Shown here: positions 58,975-64,000 of the stretch, piece by piece
How the letters are laid out: every line of letters starts with the position of its first letter
Numbering within the stretch: position 1 is the stretch's first letter
From: Chitinophagales bacterium
GTDB lineage: Bacteria > Bacteroidota > Bacteroidia > Chitinophagales > JADJOU01
Length of the DNA: 64,000 nt
Assembly: GCA_040383345.1 (NCBI GenBank)
Contig: JBEIDU010000005.1
Location: 1,196-65,195, forward strand
Reading direction: 5' to 3'
Translations under genes and position numbers: made by a program
Notes under the pieces: model-generated
Database searches by the model: none
Told to the model about the DNA's origin: nothing
What the model saw: only the letters and a program-made list of their open reading frames with translations

Positions 58975-61605
58975 TTATTGAATATCTAATCTATTTCTAA
59001 TTAGAATTTGTTTGGTGGTATTAAAAAAGGAAAGAATACCTGTTATATTTACGTTACCTGTTGGTACATTGGCACTAGCAAATGACGCTTGAGAACGAGT
59101 AAAATGTACTATTTTATCGGTTCCAACTGTAAAATCTTTACTGCCAGAGAATGTACCCGAAGCAAAAGTTCCTCCTTGAATAGTTACTAATGTAGATTCC
59201 CAATCTGCAAAATTTGTATTGATATCCGCAATTGTAGCTACTCTTGGTGTAATAGAGCCAGATCCAGTCTTTGTAATATTAGCTAATGCGGTTTTTATTT
59301 GCATGCCACCTTGGAATGTAGTAATAGAATCAGAAGCTCCTAAGGTAATTTTTATAATATCTCCTTTTGCAAAAGTAGGTGTACCACTTGCAATTCTTAT
59401 AATGATTCCACCTGTATTATCTTGAACGACAATATTTAAAGATGTCCATTGTCCAGAGTCTTTATCTGAAATGACGGTTCCTGTAACTTCATAACTAGCA
59501 CCAAAAATTTTACTTACTCCTGCGTGCATATTTCTTATTTCCATTATAGTTTTTGTAGTTCCGCCGCCTCCGCCTCCGCCTCCACTATTGGATACATCTG
59601 TTAAAGGATTTCTTATTTGTAACTGAGCTACTGTGTCAAAATTGGCCAAATAACCTATAATATCTCCAGTAGAAGGCATGGACTGTCCTGAAAAAGTAGC
59701 TGCTGGAGCCGTATATAACGTTAAACTACTAGAATTATCAGATATTACTTTACTTCCACTGTAAGTTCCTGATGGAAAATTTGCACCTTTTATTTTCACT
59801 AATGTAGATTCGTAATTATCAAAATTAGCGCGAATTTGAGCAATGGTTAATTGGATAGGGGTAATACTTCCACTGCCTGTTTTTGTAGCATTAGTGAGCA
59901 ACGCATTGTTTACTTGAAGTGTTTTTCTAAATTCATCCAATGAATTCCCTGTTATTATAATTTTTACCACATCTCCAAGATTAAAACTATGTGCAGCCGA
60001 AAAACGAACTAAAATTCCACCTGTTGCATCTTGAATTACTATATTTTGAGAATTTATATTTGCAGTGGATTTATCAGAAATTACAGTTCCTTCAATAAAA
60101 TGGCTTCCTATTGTAACAGCTGTTCCTGTGAATTGATTTCTCAAATCAATAATATTAAGCTTTGTTTCATTACCGCTACCACCGCCGCTAGTACCACCTT
60201 CTACATCGGCTTCACCTCTTATTTGAATTTGATTGGTCGTATTAAATTGTCCTAGATATCCAGTAATATCAACAATACCGGTTTTGTAATTGTTACCGGC
60301 AAAAGTAGCTGAAGGCATAGTGTACATTGTTATAGTTTTTCCGCCACCATCTAAAACAGTTTTATTACCAGTATATTGAGCGGGCGTTCCTGTCAATTGA
60401 ACTCCTTTGATTTTTACCAATGTAGATTCCCAGCTTTCAAAATTTGCATTAATTTCTGTTATTGTTGCAATTTTAGGTGAAATAGGAGCATTTCCTTGAA
60501 AAGTAGCTCCAGAAAGCGAAGCACCATTTACTTGTAAAAGGCCTTTAAAGTCTTCTAGAGATCCATTTTTTAAATTAATAAGGACTTTGTCATACAATTT
60601 AAAATTATGTGTACCTGAAAAACGAACCATAATTCCAGCTGTAGAATCTTGAATGATAATATTTTGCCCATTGATATTATTGGTGCTTTTATCGGAAATC
60701 ACGGTACCTTGTATAGCTATAGCTCCTAATGCAACAGCTGTTCCAGAAAACATATTTCTCAATTCTTTAATTGTAATAGGTGGTCCAGCAACGCAAGCTT
60801 CATTTCGATTGTTTTTGAAATTTAAATCAGAAACATCTCTAATTTTTAATTGTTTATCATTATTATATACAGTGTAAATTGCAGTAGCATCTCCATTTAA
60901 TCCAGCAAGTTTTGTGCCAGCAAATGTTGCATATCCACTACTTCTCAATATGATTTTATTACTGTTATTATCATTTAAAAATCTAGATGCATCATTTTGA
61001 TTGATTGCATCGGCGTATGAATTATTCAAGTCAACACAGTCAAACTCTACATTTTTGATTCGAACTAATTTATACTGATAATCATCATTTAATTGAGGAA
61101 TTGTAACCTCAGTGATTGGAAGTGCATTGTTTTTGGGACCTTTTATTAAATGTGCCGAAATCTTATTGGATACAATCATCCCCAATGACTTAACACCAGA
61201 TGTAGATACGCTATCTACATATCCACCTAAACTAATTAAATTTTTGTAATTCCCTAATGCCAAACCTTTAAGTTTTATATATACTTTCCTTCCTATAGGA
61301 TAATCGTTATAGATACTATTTTGATCTATTTTAATCCCAATGGCTGCTGAAGAATCCTGAATTACAATTTCTTTGTAGAAATTTTGGGTTTTATCATCAG
61401 CGGTAATAATTCCTGCTATTATCAAATCTTTATCAATACTATATACCTGATCGCCCGAATTGATTAACAATTGTTTTAATTCTTTAATTGTATAATTTAC
61501 GGGAAGTTTGGGGTCAACATATTGATTTGGATTATCAAAATCATCTTTGACACATCCCATGAGTCCAATAATAAATACGGAAAGTAATAAAAGGATTTTT
61601 TTCAT
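58975..61605 (-). CDS. surface lipoprotein with four ~190-250-aa repeated modules (DUF5689-like) separated by Gly-rich linkers
   Basis: Lipobox LMGC. The recurring motifs are I.ELRN.F.G....G...I.GTVISDKS...N.QNI.IQD..GGI.VRF and ESTLVKIKG. Linkers are GGTSGGGSG and GGGGGGGG. Confidence 0.6.
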   Translation of the reverse strand: MKKILLLLSVFIIGLMGCVKDDFDNPNQYVDPKLPVNYTIKELKQLLINSGDQVYSIDKDLIIAGIITADDKTQNFYKEIVIQDSSAAIGIKIDQNSIYNDYPIGRKVYIKLKGLALGNYKNLISLGGYVDSVSTSGVKSLGMIVSNKISAHLIKGPKNNALPITEVTIPQLNDDYQYKLVRIKNVEFDCVDLNNSYADAINQNDASRFLNDNNSNKIILRSSGYATFAGTKLAGLNGDATAIYTVYNNDKQLKIRDVSDLNFKNNRNEACVAGPPITIKELRNMFSGTAVALGAIAIQGTVISDKSTNNINGQNIIIQDSTAGIMVRFSGTHNFKLYDKVLINLKNGSLEDFKGLLQVNGASLSGATFQGNAPISPKIATITEINANFESWESTLVKIKGVQLTGTPAQYTGNKTVLDGGGKTITMYTMPSATFAGNNYKTGIVDITGYLGQFNTTNQIQIRGEADVEGGTSGGGSGNETKLNIIDLRNQFTGTAVTIGSHFIEGTVISDKSTANINSQNIVIQDATGGILVRFSAAHSFNLGDVVKIIITGNSLDEFRKTLQVNNALLTNATKTGSGSITPIQLTIAQIRANFDNYESTLVKIKGANFPSGTYSGSKVISDNSSSLTLYTAPAATFSGQSMPSTGDIIGYLANFDTVAQLQIRNPLTDVSNSGGGGGGGGTTKTIMEIRNMHAGVSKIFGASYEVTGTVISDKDSGQWTSLNIVVQDNTGGIIIRIASGTPTFAKGDIIKITLGASDSITTFQGGMQIKTALANITKTGSGSITPRVATIADINTNFADWESTLVTIQGGTFASGTFSGSKDFTVGTDKIVHFTRSQASFASANVPTGNVNITGILSFFNTTKQILIRNRLDIQ

Positions 61606-61621
61606 ATTTTTGAGTTTATTT

Positions 61622-64000
61622 TTACATTCTAAATATTATATTGATAGCATAATTGCGTCCCATCATATAGAAATATCTATTAGGAAATTTTAACGGGTCA
61701 TTTTCTGCAAAATCAAATCGCTGTTGCTCTCTTCCTGCTCTTATATAATTTTGATTATTCAAAATATTATTTAAACTGACATTGATATCTAAATACATTC
61801 TTTTTTTAATGCCTTTTATATATTTGTTCAAATAAATAGATTTTCTAAATGAAGCATCAAGAATAAATGCACTAGGGAGTTGTTCTTGTTTTACTATTGA
61901 ATAATACTGATCAGAATTGGGAACTACTGCATCAATAGCTTCAGTTGTTCTTCTTTGTGCACTCGCTTCTGTATATATTTTCTCAAAATAATTTAAGTTT
62001 ATAGAAGCGGACCAATACTGTTTTGAATTATAATTGAGTTTTATCATACCTGCATTTTGTGGTCCTGAAGCAATATGAATTCCATGAAAATAAACGGTCT
62101 CTGTAGGTTCTGCTTTATCTAAATTGTCATAATAAAAGGTAGCTTTTGGACGTCTGATAAAACTATAATCACCCAAATTTGCTACAAAAGTAGTTGAAAA
62201 TCCACCAAACAACTGAGCTTCCATAGCTAATTCTATTCCTTTGTATCTTTTGCTGATATTATTCATAACTAGCGTACCAAAACTATTTGAAACTTCCGTG
62301 TAAAATGTTAGAGAATTAGATTCGTTTTTGGTTTCGGTCATATACATGGTAGCACTTGCCTTGATTCTAGATCCTCTGTAATTATAATTAATTTCTGCAG
62401 ATGTTATTAAAGGATTTGCAGGATTTGTAGTAATATTTGTGGTTCTTGGAAGTGCAAATACCTGGTTGAATTCTGGATTTTTAGAAGTATGTAAAACTTG
62501 AGCTCCTAAATAATTTTTACCATCAAATTTATAGGTAAAACCCATTTTTGTTCCCCAATTGTAAAATCCAATTTCTTCAGAATTTCCCAATGATTTTGTA
62601 GTATAAGCCCCATTTTGCATATATCCATTTCGTTGCATAAAGGTTCTATCCGCATTGAGCGCAATAAAAAAGTCTACATTATCTAATTTTGAAACTATTT
62701 GTGCAAAGCTTGATATTTTTGTAACACGACCTAAAAAATGATATCCATAGATATCTCCTTCTTTCAAAACTTTATTGGGCTCAAGTATATTGTTCTGATT
62801 TGCTACTGGATTTAGTGGATCAGCTCTTTCTGCAAATTGGTTTACGTTTACAAAATAATCTGCACCTAAGAGATCATCAATTTGACGGTATTGTTCTGTT
62901 AAAGAATTTTGGAACAATATCCCCATATTAAATTCAGTCGTATTAGATAATCTTTGATTTAGCACTATATTTGCTGTAAAATTTCTAATTTTTTCTACCT
63001 GTGCACTCATCAAATATCTAGCCCACTTAAGATTGCTAGCCATTCCTGGTAATACATCAGTTGAATTTTGATTGGCATCATATAATCCTTGCCAGTCTAT
63101 TTGCATAAGGTTGGGATTAGCTAAAAAAGAATCTTTCAATTGTTGTGCAATTAATGGCTGATCTTTGTAATAGCTTGGAGCTTTTTTATAATATGTTGGA
63201 TTAGGATTATAAGAGTTGTACCAGTCTAATCCTGTATTTTTATGTTCTCCAAATTGAAAGCCTAAACTGAAATTAATTTGAGTATTTAATGTAGGTTTAA
63301 ATTCATTGCTAAAAATAATATTAGGAACAAAATCATATCTTAGGTTGGCACTTCTCTTTTGACCATTTTGCCATCCCCAGCTTGGATTATAATAATTTGA
63401 ATTTGCTAAATCATAAAATTCTTGAGTTGAGGATCCTTGAACAGCTCGTTTGTTTTTAGCTGTAAATGCGGTTAATGTAGAAATAAGTTTTTGATTCCAA
63501 ACTTTGGATACAGAACCAAAAATTGAAAAACTTTCATATTGAGTTCCCGGAACATATCCTTCATTGGCGCCACGGAATGAACCAGATACTGAAAATGCCA
63601 GTCCATTTTTCAGTAAACCAGAATTGTATGTAACCATTGCGCGCCCTATAAAATTTCTATTGGTAAGCATGCCCGATACGCGCAATCCTTTTCGTTGATT
63701 TATAGCTTCTGCGTCTACATCTACAGATGTGGATAGTTCTCCAAAATGAAAAGGTATAGCCTTGATGCCGTAGAAGGTATTTCTAGAACGTAATACATCA
63801 TTTAATCCACCAAAATCACCATATGTAACATCTCCTCCTCTAAATAAATTTTGCATGGGAATGCCATTTATAAACATAATGTCTTGAAAATTATCATAGC
63901 CACGCATTCTAAAACCACCTTGTGAAAGATTAAAAGAAGCTGCACTTACAAAAGGATCTCTAGAGGCGTTTAGAAGCGAAGAAATATTATTTCCACTTGT
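61622..64000 (-). CDS. TonB-dependent receptor (N-terminus beyond the window end)
   Basis: The frame stays open from 63908 to 64000 (TSGNNISSLLNASRDPFVSAASFNLSQGGFR before the track's Met). It has beta-barrel character and the terminal sequence YAINIIFRM. Confidence 0.75.
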   Translation of the reverse strand, partial: TSGNNISSLLNASRDPFVSAASFNLSQGGFRMRGYDNFQDIMFINGIPMQNLFRGGDVTYGDFGGLNDVLRSRNTFYGIKAIPFHFGELSTSVDVDAEAINQRKGLRVSGMLTNRNFIGRAMVTYNSGLLKNGLAFSVSGSFRGANEGYVPGTQYESFSIFGSVSKVWNQKLISTLTAFTAKNKRAVQGSSTQEFYDLANSNYYNPSWGWQNGQKRSANLRYDFVPNIIFSNEFKPTLNTQINFSLGFQFGEHKNTGLDWYNSYNPNPTYYKKAPSYYKDQPLIAQQLKDSFLANPNLMQIDWQGLYDANQNSTDVLPGMASNLKWARYLMSAQVEKIRNFTANIVLNQRLSNTTEFNMGILFQNSLTEQYRQIDDLLGADYFVNVNQFAERADPLNPVANQNNILEPNKVLKEGDIYGYHFLGRVTKISSFAQIVSKLDNVDFFIALNADRTFMQRNGYMQNGAYTTKSLGNSEEIGFYNWGTKMGFTYKFDGKNYLGAQVLHTSKNPEFNQVFALPRTTNITTNPANPLITSAEINYNYRGSRIKASATMYMTETKNESNSLTFYTEVSNSFGTLVMNNISKRYKGIELAMEAQLFGGFSTTFVANLGDYSFIRRPKATFYYDNLDKAEPTETVYFHGIHIASGPQNAGMIKLNYNSKQYWSASINLNYFEKIYTEASAQRRTTEAIDAVVPNSDQYYSIVKQEQLPSAFILDASFRKSIYLNKYIKGIKKRMYLDINVSLNNILNNQNYIRAGREQQRFDFAENDPLKFPNRYFYMMGRNYAINIIFRM

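Noticed and set aside
59561-59585. GC-only (CCG/CCT)n tract as a possible regulatory element or G-quadruplex on the coding strand
   Set aside because: It is in frame and encodes the G8 linker of the lipoprotein. A second Gly-rich linker has similar coding, so it is most simply a linker microsatellite.
1-64000. Known defence or mobile systems (restriction-modification, toxin-antitoxin, CRISPR-Cas, Abi, retrons, prophage genes)
   Set aside because: None of the translated ORFs showed motifs I associate with these systems. The uncharacterised ORFs at 5852-6421, 40515-41039 and 57667-58947 are single genes embedded in housekeeping runs, which is not typical of defence islands.

Overview
This 64-kb window is AT-rich chromosomal DNA, and by eye it belongs to a Bacteroidota, Flavobacteriia-like genome. 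Three things support that: many type IX secretion (T9SS) C-terminal sorting domains, PorP/SprF genes, and TAnnTTTG -7 promoter boxes 10-35 nt upstream of start codons with no Shine-Dalgarno sequences.

Most of the window is housekeeping: hflX, an amidase, an LptD-like protein, pcm, ruvX, def, a purF-like gene, recX, rnhA, udk, slyD, a BamA/TamA-like protein, accA, dapA, fur, sod, sucA, type III glutamine synthetase and a TonB-dependent receptor.

The accessory content is:
- two adjacent operons at 22.7-34.8 kb, each a giant T9SS type-B adhesin followed by a PorP/SprF gene;
- a cluster of T9SS type-A cargo genes around fur at 41.9-49.4 kb;
- an MBOAT plus two SGNH hydrolases plus glucosaminidase plus CAP cluster at 11.5-16.6 kb.

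The strongest leads are:
1. A perfect 55-bp direct repeat, a copy of the 3' end of the nucleoside phosphorylase gene. It brackets exactly one 7.0-kb adhesin/PorP cassette, like attL/attR, yet no recombinase lies inside.
2. The 1961-aa adhesin is built from ~1.1-kb modules in which a ~690-bp near-identical block alternates with a ~400-bp divergent LamG core. These are followed by six 147-bp repeats that differ only synonymously.
3. An untracked heavy-metal-associated (HMA) domain ORF has no canonical start codon. It overlaps the end of a TPMT-family methyltransferase gene in the -1 frame, directly after an A7 tract.
4. A T9SS cargo gene is split in two, and its 3' half sits in a sharply GC-rich patch.

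I recognised no CRISPR array, tRNA, rRNA, transposase, integrase or known defence system. All family calls come from motif recognition by eye, without database searches.
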